This document shows, piece after piece, positions 44,264 to 53,369 of a stretch of DNA of 62,449 nucleotides. The translations under genes and the position numbers were made by a program. Under the pieces are notes generated by a model. That model did no database searches, was not told where the DNA came from, and saw nothing but the letters and a program-made list of their open reading frames with translations. Within the stretch, counting starts at the first letter, position 1. The number at the start of each line of letters is the position of its first letter. Source of the DNA: an uncultured Bacillota bacterium (GTDB taxonomy: Bacteria; Bacillota_I; Bacilli_A; Erysipelotrichales; Erysipelotrichaceae); the NCBI GenBank assembly GCA_900319675.1, contig ONPK01000001.1, positions 1 through 62,449 on the forward strand. Direction: 5' to 3'.

Positions 44264-44599
44264 ATGCGAGTACTGAACAATAAGAATTCATTGCTGTTCA
44301 ACGGCACAAATCTCATTGTAGACATCTATGAGGAGCTGTTTTCATATCGCTTTGAAGAGATCAACAGGATATCCATTCTCACCACTCAGCAGAGGCTGGT
44401 CAATGAGACGGTATTCCTGGTTTTTGATGTCGTAAACGAAATATATCTCATAGGACTGACACATCCGGATTTTGACAGAGTTCTGTTAAGTGAGCTTCCT
44501 CAGATCATGGATGTTGATCATAACATGGTAATAGAAGCCATGCAGAACAAATCCGATCATCAGTATGTTCTGTATCATAAGCAGGAGGGTAGCAATTAA
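44264..44599 (+). CDS. Hypothetical protein (111 aa)
   Basis: ORF with SD GGTGG, ending 1 nt before the glpA-like start. No recognised motifs. Confidence 0.5.
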   Translation: MRVLNNKNSLLFNGTNLIVDIYEELFSYRFEEINRISILTTQQRLVNETVFLVFDVVNEIYLIGLTHPDFDRVLLSELPQIMDVDHNMVIEAMQNKSDHQYVLYHKQEGSN

Positions 44600-44600
44600 T

Positions 44601-46043
44601 ATGTATGATGTAGTCATAATAGGCGGCGGTATCGTAGGAAGCAGCGTTGCCTATTACCTCTCTAAGTATCAGCTGAAAACGGTATTGCTGGAAGCTGATA
44701 ACGACGTTTCCAACGGAACCACCAAGGCTAACTCAGCAATCATCCACGCCGGATATGACCCTGAAGAAGGAACATTGATGGCCTTCCATAACGTCAGAGG
44801 TGCCAGACTGGCAAAGGAATTATGTACAAAGCTTGACGTTCCATACAAACAGTGCGGAGCTATGGTAATAGGCTTTGACGAAGAAGACGAGAAGATGATT
44901 CATACCCTGTATGAAAGAGGGCTGGCAAACGGTGTTGAGGGACTTGAGATCCTTGATGGCAAGACCGTACAGAAGCTGGAACCGTGTGTTTCCGACAGGG
45001 TAACATGTGCCTTGCTGGCAAATACCAGCGCCATCGTATCCCCATGGGAATATGCCCTGGCTCTGGCAGAGACAGCAGTCAGAAACGGCGTTGAAGTAAA
45101 GCTGAATAACAGGGTTACGGCCATTACCAGAAACGGAGAGGGATTCACCGTAACGACAGTAAAGGGCAAGTATGAATGCCGCTACATCATCAACTGTGCC
45201 GGCTTATATGCCGATAAGGTTCATCAGATGATCGGTGAAAAGGAATTTGAGATCATTCCTTCCAGAGGTCAGTATTATCTGCTGGATAAGGCAGAAGGCA
45301 GAAGGACCTCAAGAACCATATTCCAGTGTCCGACCAAGGACGGCAAGGGCGTACTGGTTTCACCAACCGTACACGGCAACCTGATCGTCGGACCTAACGC
45401 TGAAGACAACGATGACTTCTCCGTATCAACGACTACGGAAGGTCTAAACTTCGTCAAAAATGCCAGCAAGAAGAGCATTCCGACGGTTGATTTCAGGGAA
45501 AACATCAGAAACTTTGCCGGTGTCAGATCCAAGAGCGACAGACCTGACTTCATTCTGGAAGAAAGCAGAAGCGTCAGAAACTTCTACAACATCGCAGGCA
45601 TCAAGTCACCGGGTTTAAGCTCAGCCCCGTCACTGGCTCTTGAGGCTGTTGAATGGTTAAGAAGCAAGGGCGAACAGCTGAAGGAAAAGGACAATTTCAT
45701 CGATGAGAGAAAGAGGATCAGATTCAAGGAACTGAGCGGTGAGGAAAAGCAGGAACTCATCAGGAAGGAACCTGCCTATGGAAGAGTGATCTGCCGCTGT
45801 GAAACGATTACCGAGGGTGAGATACTGAACGCCTTGAGAACACCTATTCCTGCCGTATCAATTGACGGTGTAAAGCGCCGCTGCAATGCCGGCATGGGCA
45901 GATGTCAGGGCGGCTTCTGTTCGGAAAGAGTTGCGGAAATACTGATGAAGGAATTACATCTGGACGGTCTGGAAGTCCTGCAGGACAAAGAGGGATCAAA
46001 CGTACTGGTAGATTATTCCAAGGGGGGCAGTTCAAATGTATGA
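44601..46043 (+). CDS. FAD-dependent oxidoreductase, GlpA/glycerol-3-phosphate dehydrogenase-like, with a BFD-like [2Fe-2S] domain
   Basis: YDVVIIGGGIVGSS, CRCETITEGEI, CQGGFC. SD AGGAGGG. Confidence 0.85.
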   Translation: MYDVVIIGGGIVGSSVAYYLSKYQLKTVLLEADNDVSNGTTKANSAIIHAGYDPEEGTLMAFHNVRGARLAKELCTKLDVPYKQCGAMVIGFDEEDEKMIHTLYERGLANGVEGLEILDGKTVQKLEPCVSDRVTCALLANTSAIVSPWEYALALAETAVRNGVEVKLNNRVTAITRNGEGFTVTTVKGKYECRYIINCAGLYADKVHQMIGEKEFEIIPSRGQYYLLDKAEGRRTSRTIFQCPTKDGKGVLVSPTVHGNLIVGPNAEDNDDFSVSTTTEGLNFVKNASKKSIPTVDFRENIRNFAGVRSKSDRPDFILEESRSVRNFYNIAGIKSPGLSSAPSLALEAVEWLRSKGEQLKEKDNFIDERKRIRFKELSGEEKQELIRKEPAYGRVICRCETITEGEILNALRTPIPAVSIDGVKRRCNAGMGRCQGGFCSERVAEILMKELHLDGLEVLQDKEGSNVLVDYSKGGSSNV

Positions 46044-47289
46044 CGTTATAATTATCGGCGGCGGTCCTGCCGGATTGGCCAGTGCCAAGGCCTGTCTTGA
46101 TAAGGGACTTGAGAAGGTCCTGATCGTAGAGAGAGACAAGGAACTGGGCGGAATTCTGAATCAGTGCATTCACAACGGATTCGGTCTGCACATGTTCAAG
46201 GAAGAACTTACCGGTCCTGAGTTTGCCGGCAGGTTCATAGACATGTTAAGAGATACCAAGGTTGAGGTAATGCTGGATACCATGGTATTAAGCATAGAGG
46301 ATGATCACACAGTACACGTGATCAATACCGTTAACGGCTACCAGTGCCTGAAGGCCAAAAGCATCATTCTTGCCATGGGCTGCAGGGAAAGAACAAGAGG
46401 AGCCATCGCCATTCCCGGTACCAGAGCTGCCGGCGTATTCACGGCCGGTACTGCTCAGAGATACATGAACATCGACGGCTACATGGTCGGTAAGAGAGTA
46501 GTCATTCTGGGTTCAGGGGACATCGGTCTGATCATGGCCAGAAGAATGACTCTGGAAGGCGCCAAGGTCCTGGCCTGTGTTGAGATCAATCCTTATTCAG
46601 GCGGCTTGGCCAGAAACATCAAGCAGTGTCTTGAGGATTTCAACATTCCGCTGTATCTGTCTCACACCATCACTGACATCAGGGGTGAGAACAGAGTTGA
46701 AGGTGTTACCGTCAGCAAGGTTGACGGACATTTCCAGCCGATCAAGGGTACGGAAATGTACTTTGACTGCGATACCGTATTACTGTCAGTTGGCCTGATT
46801 CCGGAAAATGAATTAAGCAAGGCAGCCAACATCAAAATCGATCCGCGTACAAGAGGACCGATCGTATATGAAAACATGGAGACAAGTGCTGAAGGCATCT
46901 TTGCCTGCGGCAACGTCGTTCACGTACATGACCTGGCGGATAACGTAGCCTTGGAGGCTAAGAAGGCCGGGGAAAGCGCAGCTGAATATGTCAGCGGATT
47001 AAGAAGGACTGACAAGAAGGTAATTGAGATAAAGACATTGCCTGGTGTCGGTTATACCGTTCCTCAGCATGTAAGAGTACCGCTGGATAACAAGTTCGTT
47101 GAAGTATTCTTCAGAGTAAACAGGGTATTCGGCAACAGCGTCATCCTGGTAAAGGATGAAAAGGACAATGTGGTCAGTCAGTTCAAGAGAGAATTCATTG
47201 TCCCCGGCAGCATGGAAAAGATCATCATTCCAAAGGTAATGCTGGAAAAGGCTGAAGGAAATCTGACGGTTTCCGTGAAGGAGGATTAG
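46036..47289 (+). CDS. FAD/NAD(P)-binding pyridine nucleotide-disulfide oxidoreductase
   Basis: YDVIIIGGGPAGL, VVILGSGDIGL, ACGNVVHVHD. Confidence 0.85.
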   Translation: MYDVIIIGGGPAGLASAKACLDKGLEKVLIVERDKELGGILNQCIHNGFGLHMFKEELTGPEFAGRFIDMLRDTKVEVMLDTMVLSIEDDHTVHVINTVNGYQCLKAKSIILAMGCRERTRGAIAIPGTRAAGVFTAGTAQRYMNIDGYMVGKRVVILGSGDIGLIMARRMTLEGAKVLACVEINPYSGGLARNIKQCLEDFNIPLYLSHTITDIRGENRVEGVTVSKVDGHFQPIKGTEMYFDCDTVLLSVGLIPENELSKAANIKIDPRTRGPIVYENMETSAEGIFACGNVVHVHDLADNVALEAKKAGESAAEYVSGLRRTDKKVIEIKTLPGVGYTVPQHVRVPLDNKFVEVFFRVNRVFGNSVILVKDEKDNVVSQFKREFIVPGSMEKIIIPKVMLEKAEGNLTVSVKED

Positions 47290-47291
47290 TT

Positions 47292-47636
47292 ATGACTGAA
47301 TTGATCTGCATTGGCTGTCCAAAGGGATGCCATCTTAAGGTTGATGAGGAAAACGGATATAAGGTCACGGGCAACAGCTGCCCGGTAGGTGCTGAATACG
47401 GTGCCAATGAGTTAAGGAATCCAACCAGAGTCCTGACTTCAACGGTTAAGATCGTCGGCGGTCTGCATGACTGTCTGCCGGTCAAGACCAACAAGCCGAT
47501 TCCGAAGCCATTACTGCTTGAGGCAATGGCTCAGTTAAGAAACATAGAAGTAAAGTCTCCGGTCAGGATGGGCGACGTGATCGTTGAAAACCTTTTAGGT
47601 ACCGGGGCAGACGTAATTGCGACAAGAAACATGTAG
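47292..47636 (+). CDS. DUF1667-domain protein
   Basis: ELICIGCPKGCHL..GNSCPVGAEY. Third member of the conserved trio. Confidence 0.8.
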   Translation: MTELICIGCPKGCHLKVDEENGYKVTGNSCPVGAEYGANELRNPTRVLTSTVKIVGGLHDCLPVKTNKPIPKPLLLEAMAQLRNIEVKSPVRMGDVIVENLLGTGADVIATRNM

Positions 47637-47646
47637 GGAAGTAAGA

Positions 47647-48855
47647 ATGGAAAAACTGGCAGAGAAAAGAGTAATCAGAGACCCGATCCACGGCTATGTT
47701 CACATTGAGGACAAGGTCATATGGGATCTTCTGAACACCAAGGAATTTCAGCGCTTGAGAAGAGTCAGACAGCTGGGAAGCACACTGATGGTTTTTCCAA
47801 GTGGTGAACACTCCCGAATGATGCATTCTCTGGGCGTCTATGAAGTTGCCCGCAGAATGATAAACGAGGTCGATGACATTGCCAATACCCTGACCGAAAG
47901 GGAAAAGATGATCCTGATGGTTGCGGCACTACTGCATGACGTGGGTCATGCCCCGTTCTCACATTCCTTTGAAAGCATCATGAACTGCAGGCATGAGGCC
48001 TACACGATCCAGATCATCAAGGGACCAAGCGAGATAGCGGACGTGCTGTCGGCAATCGACAGTGATCTGCCGGCTGAAGTGGCATCAGTCATAGATCATA
48101 CTCATCCAAACACGATACTGAGCCAGCTGATAAGCTCACAGCTTGACGCTGACAGACTTGACTATCTGTTAAGAGACTCCTACTTTACCGGCGTCAGCTA
48201 CGGCCAGATCGACCTGGACCGCATCTTGAGAACGATGAGGGTAAAGGACAACAGAGTCGTGGTAAAGCGCAGCAGCATCTATACGGTGGAAAACTACATC
48301 ATGGCCAGATATCACATGTACTGGCAGGTGTACTATCACCCCAATTCAAGAAGCTACGATGCCCTGCTGAAGTCCATATTTACCAGATTAAGAGACCTCT
48401 ATCAGCAGGATAAGTCCATCACCGATGCCTACCCGATGTACAGGGAACTGCTGGAAAAGGGAAGCCTGTCCAATGAAGACCTGTATCTGCTGGATGACTC
48501 AACCTGCATGTACAGCTTCTCATTAATGAGAAGGTCTGAAGATCCCGTACTCAGTGATCTGGCCAGAAGGATCCTGGACAGAGACCTGTTTGAGTTCATG
48601 AATGCCGATAAGGAAGAGTATCTGAAGCAGAGATGCGAGGAAAAGGGTCTTGATCCGAGGTACTATGTGGTAAAGGACTATCAGAAGCAGATCCCGTATC
48701 TGCCATATACCGGTGACGGTACCGATAACATCTACGTACTGCTGGATAACGGCGTCATAGAGGAGCTGTCAAAGGTATCTGAGGTCGTCAAGTCGCTTTC
48801 AACGATCAATGAACAGGACGAAAGGGTATTCTACCCGAAGGAAATAGAAAAATGA
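47647..48855 (+). CDS. HD-domain phosphohydrolase (YwfO/SAMHD1-like dNTPase family)
   Basis: IRDPIHGYV, FQRLRRVRQLG, HSRMMHSLGV, LLHDVGHAPFSH, DADRLDYLLRD. Confidence 0.85.
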   Translation: MEKLAEKRVIRDPIHGYVHIEDKVIWDLLNTKEFQRLRRVRQLGSTLMVFPSGEHSRMMHSLGVYEVARRMINEVDDIANTLTEREKMILMVAALLHDVGHAPFSHSFESIMNCRHEAYTIQIIKGPSEIADVLSAIDSDLPAEVASVIDHTHPNTILSQLISSQLDADRLDYLLRDSYFTGVSYGQIDLDRILRTMRVKDNRVVVKRSSIYTVENYIMARYHMYWQVYYHPNSRSYDALLKSIFTRLRDLYQQDKSITDAYPMYRELLEKGSLSNEDLYLLDDSTCMYSFSLMRRSEDPVLSDLARRILDRDLFEFMNADKEEYLKQRCEEKGLDPRYYVVKDYQKQIPYLPYTGDGTDNIYVLLDNGVIEELSKVSEVVKSLSTINEQDERVFYPKEIEK

Positions 48856-49832
48856 TAGAAAAGTGTTATTACATCAAGAGCAGCAGCATTAATCCGTATT
48901 ACAACCTGGCGCTGGAAGACTATCTGTTCCATAACATCCCGGCCAACAGCCTGGTGTTCTTCCTGTGTCAGAATCAGAATACGGTCATGATCGGGAAGAA
49001 CCAGAATGCCTACAAGGAATGTCACCTGCAGGCCATGGAAGAAGATCACTGCTACCTCGCCAGAAGAAGCAGCGGTGGCGGAGCCGTATTCCAGGACATG
49101 GGAAATCTGAACTACAGTTTCATGATGTACATGGACAGCTACGACATCGAGAAGCAGACACAGACCATCGTCAATGCCCTTAAGAGTCTGGGTGTGCCGG
49201 CAGTGATTTCCGGCAGAAACGACATAGAGGCAGACGGCTACAAGGTATCAGGCAATGCCTATCTTACCGAAAAGGAACACTGTCTGCATCACGGAACGGT
49301 AATGCTGAATGTTGACAAGGAAAAGATGTTCAGATATCTGAACGTATCTGACAAGAAGATCCAGGCCAAGGGCTTTGATTCAGTCGTATCCAGAGTTGCC
49401 AACATCACGGAGTTCAATCCGACCATTACCCTTAATCAGCTGCAGCAGGCACTGTTACAGGCTGTAGCCAATACCTACGGTCCGCTGTATGAGCTTAACA
49501 TCTCCGGCAGCCTTGATGAGATAATTGAACACTATCATTCATACAAGTACATCTACAATACGATGGGAAGATTCACGGTCATCGTTCATGACTACTATTC
49601 ATTCGGTGAACTGCAGATGTATGTGGACATCGAAAACGGAACCATCCAGCACATGGACATGTTTACGGATGCCATGGATGTGGAGATCGAGGACAAGCTC
49701 CACAAGCTGTTTGACAACATGCACATTGACGACAACAGTTTCAAGACCAGGCTGTTCACCCTGTTTGACAGGGACATGCATGCCGACATGGGAAAGATCT
49801 ATCTGGCAATAAAGAGATACATGGCTTATTAA
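48852..49832 (+). CDS. lplA: Lipoate-protein ligase
   Basis: NPYYNLALEDYL, RRSSGGGAVFQD, KVSGNA. Confidence 0.88.
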   Translation: MIEKCYYIKSSSINPYYNLALEDYLFHNIPANSLVFFLCQNQNTVMIGKNQNAYKECHLQAMEEDHCYLARRSSGGGAVFQDMGNLNYSFMMYMDSYDIEKQTQTIVNALKSLGVPAVISGRNDIEADGYKVSGNAYLTEKEHCLHHGTVMLNVDKEKMFRYLNVSDKKIQAKGFDSVVSRVANITEFNPTITLNQLQQALLQAVANTYGPLYELNISGSLDEIIEHYHSYKYIYNTMGRFTVIVHDYYSFGELQMYVDIENGTIQHMDMFTDAMDVEIEDKLHKLFDNMHIDDNSFKTRLFTLFDRDMHADMGKIYLAIKRYMAY

Positions 49833-49837
49833 AATGG

Positions 49838-49861
49838 AAAGATGCCTCGGGCATCTTTTTT
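49838..49861 (+). terminator. Rho-independent terminator
   Basis: Stem AAAGATGCC/GGCATCTTT followed by TTT. Confidence 0.75.
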
Positions 49862-49987
49862 GGTGAAATGTCTGAAAATGAGACGTTCTGTTCATAAAAT
49901 GAAACATATTCCAGATATTCCCAATTGGGACAGAAAAAGCGTTTTCGCTTGTCAAAAAAATAATAAAAAAAATTTAATGCATAACTA

Positions 49988-50015
49988 TTGCAATATAATG
50001 TCCATGTATTATAAT
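49988..50015 (+). promoter_or_regulatory. SigA-type promoter for rpoE
   Basis: TTGCAA, 16-nt spacer, TATAAT. Confidence 0.55.
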
Positions 50016-50075
50016 GCTTACAGTGAAAACCACAATAATTACTCATTTTATATCAGTAACGGGAGGCGAATGATA

Positions 50076-50414
50076 ATGAGTGTAAGGACAATTGATGTCG
50101 CTTATGATTATTTGAAGGCTCAAAAGCACAGTGTTTCCTTCAGAGATCTGTGGCAGGTAGTAAAAGCTCAGCTTGGATTTACCGATGCACAGGCCCAGAA
50201 GAAAATCTCGCAATTCTACACAGATCTGACTCTTGACGGCAGATTCACATCACTTGAAAACAACGTATGGGATCTCAAGAGCAATCACAAGTTCGATGAA
50301 GTATTCATCGATACAGCCAATCTTCTTGATGAAGATCCTGAGGATGAAGAGGAAATCGAACAGGACAGTGATGAACTGGATCTGGAAATGGACGACAGTA
50401 AGGAAGACTATTAA
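50076..50414 (+). CDS. rpoE: DNA-directed RNA polymerase delta subunit
   Basis: HARE-HTH N-terminal domain (AYDYLKAQKHSVSFRDLW..FYTDLTLDGRF) plus an acidic tail. SD GGGAGG lies 9 nt upstream. The ORF opens at 49842. Confidence 0.88.
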   Translation: MSVRTIDVAYDYLKAQKHSVSFRDLWQVVKAQLGFTDAQAQKKISQFYTDLTLDGRFTSLENNVWDLKSNHKFDEVFIDTANLLDEDPEDEEEIEQDSDELDLEMDDSKEDY

Positions 50415-50419
50415 AACGG

Positions 50420-50445
50420 ACGCTCACAGTAATGTGAGCGTTTTT
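50420..50445 (+). terminator. Rho-independent terminator
   Basis: Stem ACGCTCAC/GTGAGCGT followed by TTTT. Confidence 0.75.
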
Positions 50446-50501
50446 CGTGTACAGAAAAACAAATCAAAAGTATAATTACTATATAAATAAGGAGAAGGAC
50501 C

Positions 50502-51617
50502 ATGAATAATTTTAGTGCAGACAATAAATTCAAGCTTGGCTTTGGCTTGATGAGACTTCCGAAGAATGAAGACGGAACGATAGATGTACCTCAGGTAAGC
50601 CAGATGGTAGACCTGTTTCTGGAAGCCGGTGGTACCTACTTTGATACCGCATTTGCCTATCCTGGTTCTGAAGAGGCAATCAGACAGGCACTGGTAGAAA
50701 GATATCCAAGAGAAAGCTATACTCTTGCCAGCAAGCTCATCGTTCAGCCGGGGTCTAACACCGATGCTGAAACGGCAAGGCAGGAATTCAATACGACCAT
50801 GGAAAGGACCCATGCCGGTTACCTGGACTACTACCTGGTACACGCCATTCAGAGAGGCAACTACCAGAAGTATGAAGACCTGGGCATCTGGGACTATGTC
50901 AGAGAACTGAAGGAACAGGGTCTGGTTAGACACTATGGCTTCTCATTCCATGGCGATCCTGAGTTACTGGAAGAATTACTGAACAGACATCCTGATGCTG
51001 AATTCGTTCAGCTGCAGATCAACTATGCCGACTGGGAGAACCCGGGCGTACAGTCCAGAAGAAATCTGGAGATCTGCCGTGAACACGGCAAGCTGGTTAC
51101 CGTAATGGAACCGGTAAAGGGCGGCATACTTGCTGAACCGATCGATACGGTCAAGGCCATCTTCGATGCCGAGAACAACGGCATGTCATATTCATCATGG
51201 GCAATCAGATTCGTTGCCAGCCAGCCTGGCATCCTGACTGTATTAAGCGGCATGAGCAGCCTTGAGCAGATGAAGGACAATCTGAGCTACATGAGAGAGT
51301 TCAGACCTCTTGATGAACATGAGACGGAAGTCATCAGAAAGGCACAGAAGGCCATTGATGAAGATCAGTCCATTCCTTGTACTGCATGTCACTACTGTAC
51401 GAAGGGCTGTCCGATGGGCATCCCGATTCCGGAAATCTTTGCGGTTGAAAACCGTAAGAAGGGCAGTCCGGAATTCCGTACCAAGAGAGAATATGTCATC
51501 GTTACCCAGGGCAAGGGCAAGGCCAGTGACTGCATCCAGTGCGGTCAGTGTGAGGCCGTATGTCCTCAGCACCTGCCGATCATAGAATTGCTGGAAAACT
51601 GCAGGTCAATGGAATAA
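50502..51617 (+). CDS. Aldo/keto reductase fused to a 4Fe-4S ferredoxin-type C-terminus
   Basis: GLMRLP, FDTAFAY, and CTACHYCTKGCP plus CIQCGQCEAVCP. Confidence 0.85.
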   Translation: MNNFSADNKFKLGFGLMRLPKNEDGTIDVPQVSQMVDLFLEAGGTYFDTAFAYPGSEEAIRQALVERYPRESYTLASKLIVQPGSNTDAETARQEFNTTMERTHAGYLDYYLVHAIQRGNYQKYEDLGIWDYVRELKEQGLVRHYGFSFHGDPELLEELLNRHPDAEFVQLQINYADWENPGVQSRRNLEICREHGKLVTVMEPVKGGILAEPIDTVKAIFDAENNGMSYSSWAIRFVASQPGILTVLSGMSSLEQMKDNLSYMREFRPLDEHETEVIRKAQKAIDEDQSIPCTACHYCTKGCPMGIPIPEIFAVENRKKGSPEFRTKREYVIVTQGKGKASDCIQCGQCEAVCPQHLPIIELLENCRSME

Positions 51618-52448
51618 TGAAAACCGAAAACATTACAGTAGGCCTGAACACCGAGTATCCGCTCAAGGGTTTACTGACACTGCCTGATGATTTTAGCAGT
51701 CCTGTACCGGCTGTGGTACTGGTACACGGTTCAGGTCCCAGCAACATGGATGAAAAGGTCATGAAGCTGACGCCGTTCAGGGATCTGGCAGAAGGACTGG
51801 CTGAAAGGGGCATCGCTTCCATAAGGTATGACAAGAGGACCTATGTTCATGCCCGCAAGATGCTCAAGGTCTCTGTTACGGTAAGGGAAGAAACCATTGA
51901 AGACGCCATCCTGGCAGCTGACATGCTGAGAAACGATCCAAGGATCGATCCGCAGAGGTACGAACTTCCGCCTTGAGGACATTGTCATAAGACAGTTAAG
52001 ACAGGGTGCAGCCAGCGGCGGTTTCATCATGAAAAAGCTCATAGGCCTTGAAAGCAGGATCTATGAGAAGAAGTTCAGGGGACTGTACGAAATGAGTGAT
52101 GAGGAAGCCAGAAAGAAGAGCTTCGCTCCGGGCATGAGTCTTTATTACTTCAAGGAAATGGGTCAGAAGACGGCAGTCGATTACCTCAGGGAAAATGACA
52201 AGCCGGTATTGATCATGCAGGGAGGCAGGGATTTCCAGGTACTGCCTGAAGAAGACTATGCTGATCTTAAGAAGCAGCTGGAAACAAGGGGGAACGTAAC
52301 CTTCAGGCTTTATCCTTCACTGAACCATGTCTTCGTTGAAGCGATCTACGATGACATACTGAAGGCCAGCAAGGACTACAGCGTTGAACGTCACATCCCC
52401 GAAGAGGTCATTAACGACATTGCTCAGTTCATAAATGAAAGAAATTGA
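51617..52448 (+). pseudogene. Alpha/beta hydrolase disrupted by an internal deletion/frameshift that removes the nucleophile elbow
   Basis: The N-terminal fragment (VVLVHGSGPSN..DPRIDPQR) stops at 51976. The C-terminal part (PVLIMQGGRDFQV..LNHVF) continues in another frame from about 51951. No G-x-S-x-G anywhere. Confidence 0.55.
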
Positions 52449-52474
52449 CACCGCTCATGCGGTGTTTTTCTTTT
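52448..52474 (+). terminator. Rho-independent terminator
   Basis: Stem ACACCGC/GCGGTGT followed by TTTTTCTTTT. Confidence 0.75.
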
Positions 52475-52510
52475 CATCGGGTGTATAATTACGAAAGAGG
52501 GGGAGTTATC

Positions 52511-53179
52511 ATGATAAACATCGGTCAAATAGTATTGGATAATTTCAGCAGAAGTTTTGAGATAAGGGAAAATGACATCGGCAGTGATGCCGTTCTCAAG
52601 AAGAACATGATGAAGTTCGTCACCAGAACTTATGACATCAAGGATTACGGGCATCTGTGTGTTATGAACATGGAAGGCATGCTTGGATTAATGAAGATGG
52701 AAACAGTCATTCTGGTTCCGTTTGACAAGGACGTGCCGCTGGTTGACTTTGACTACATAAGTGCCATGGGCAAGGAAACCTACATTGCCGAATTCTACAG
52801 ATACATGCTTAAGGAGTATCCGGAGGAATACGTCAGTGAGCTGGCAAAGTGCCCTGAACAGTATCCTGAGTTGGGAGAATACAACAGCGGTGAACACTGG
52901 TATGACAGTGAGAAGTATTACTGCTCATGCGGCAAGACCGGCAAGAAGAGCGCAGACAAGTTTGCCCAGATAACCAGGGCTTACATGGATACGTTCTGCA
53001 AGCAGGTAGTGAAGATGGAAAAGTGCGACAGAGAGGCCAAGACGGCTGAAATCAGAAGGTTCGCTGAGACTCTGGTAGCCAAAGGCGGACCGGCAGTTGA
53101 TACCTTCAAGAAGATGTTCGGAGAAGAGATGACCAGAAGGATCGTTCTTGAGAACATGTATGGATTAAAACGGCTGTAA
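52511..53179 (+). CDS. Hypothetical protein. Weak resemblance to ferredoxin-dependent bilin reductase-fold proteins.
   Basis: SD GAGGGGGAG upstream of ATG 52511. The ORF opens at 52445 but spans the upstream terminator. Motif layout HLCVMNMEG..VPLVDFDYI..KKMFGEEMTRR. Confidence 0.6.
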   Translation: MINIGQIVLDNFSRSFEIRENDIGSDAVLKKNMMKFVTRTYDIKDYGHLCVMNMEGMLGLMKMETVILVPFDKDVPLVDFDYISAMGKETYIAEFYRYMLKEYPEEYVSELAKCPEQYPELGEYNSGEHWYDSEKYYCSCGKTGKKSADKFAQITRAYMDTFCKQVVKMEKCDREAKTAEIRRFAETLVAKGGPAVDTFKKMFGEEMTRRIVLENMYGLKRL

Positions 53180-53191
53180 AAGGCCGTTTTT
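53167..53191 (+). terminator. Rho-independent terminator
   Basis: Stem AAAACGGC/GCCGTTTT followed by T. Confidence 0.65.
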
Positions 53192-53239
53192 GTGTTTACA
53201 CTGAAACATAACTGAAATATAATTTGGTTAGAAAAGGAG

Positions 53240-53320
53240 ATGATCCACAGCATGACGCATACGGATGATTATCACAGTAGGAACATAACTTATCATGGCG
53301 GTCATGCTGCAAATGGATGA
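53240..53320 (+). CDS. Candidate leader peptide in the mgtA 5' region (26 aa, or 22 aa from ATG 53252)
   Basis: MIHSMTHTDDYHSRNITYHGGHAANG*. AAGGAG upstream. The stop is embedded in the hairpin GTCAT..ATGAC, which is followed by TTTTTT. Confidence 0.3.
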   Translation: MIHSMTHTDDYHSRNITYHGGHAANG

Positions 53321-53346
53321 CACTTTTTTCAGCAGCATAAAGACCG

Positions 53347-53362
53347 CCTCCTAAAAAGGAGG
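53347..53362 (+). promoter_or_regulatory. RBS-sequestering hairpin in front of mgtA
   Basis: CCTCC-TAAAAA-GGAGG, where GGAGG is the mgtA SD (7 nt before ATG 53370). Confidence 0.5.
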
Positions 53363-53369
53363 TTTTTAT

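Noticed and set aside
53192-53369. M-box (ykoK) Mg2+ riboswitch upstream of mgtA
   Set aside because: I could not find the conserved GUUAGGUGAGGC, GAUAC, CUGCC..AAA or GCUAAAGC elements. Only a fortuitous GGTTAG is present. The region is reported instead as a leader-peptide / hairpin candidate.
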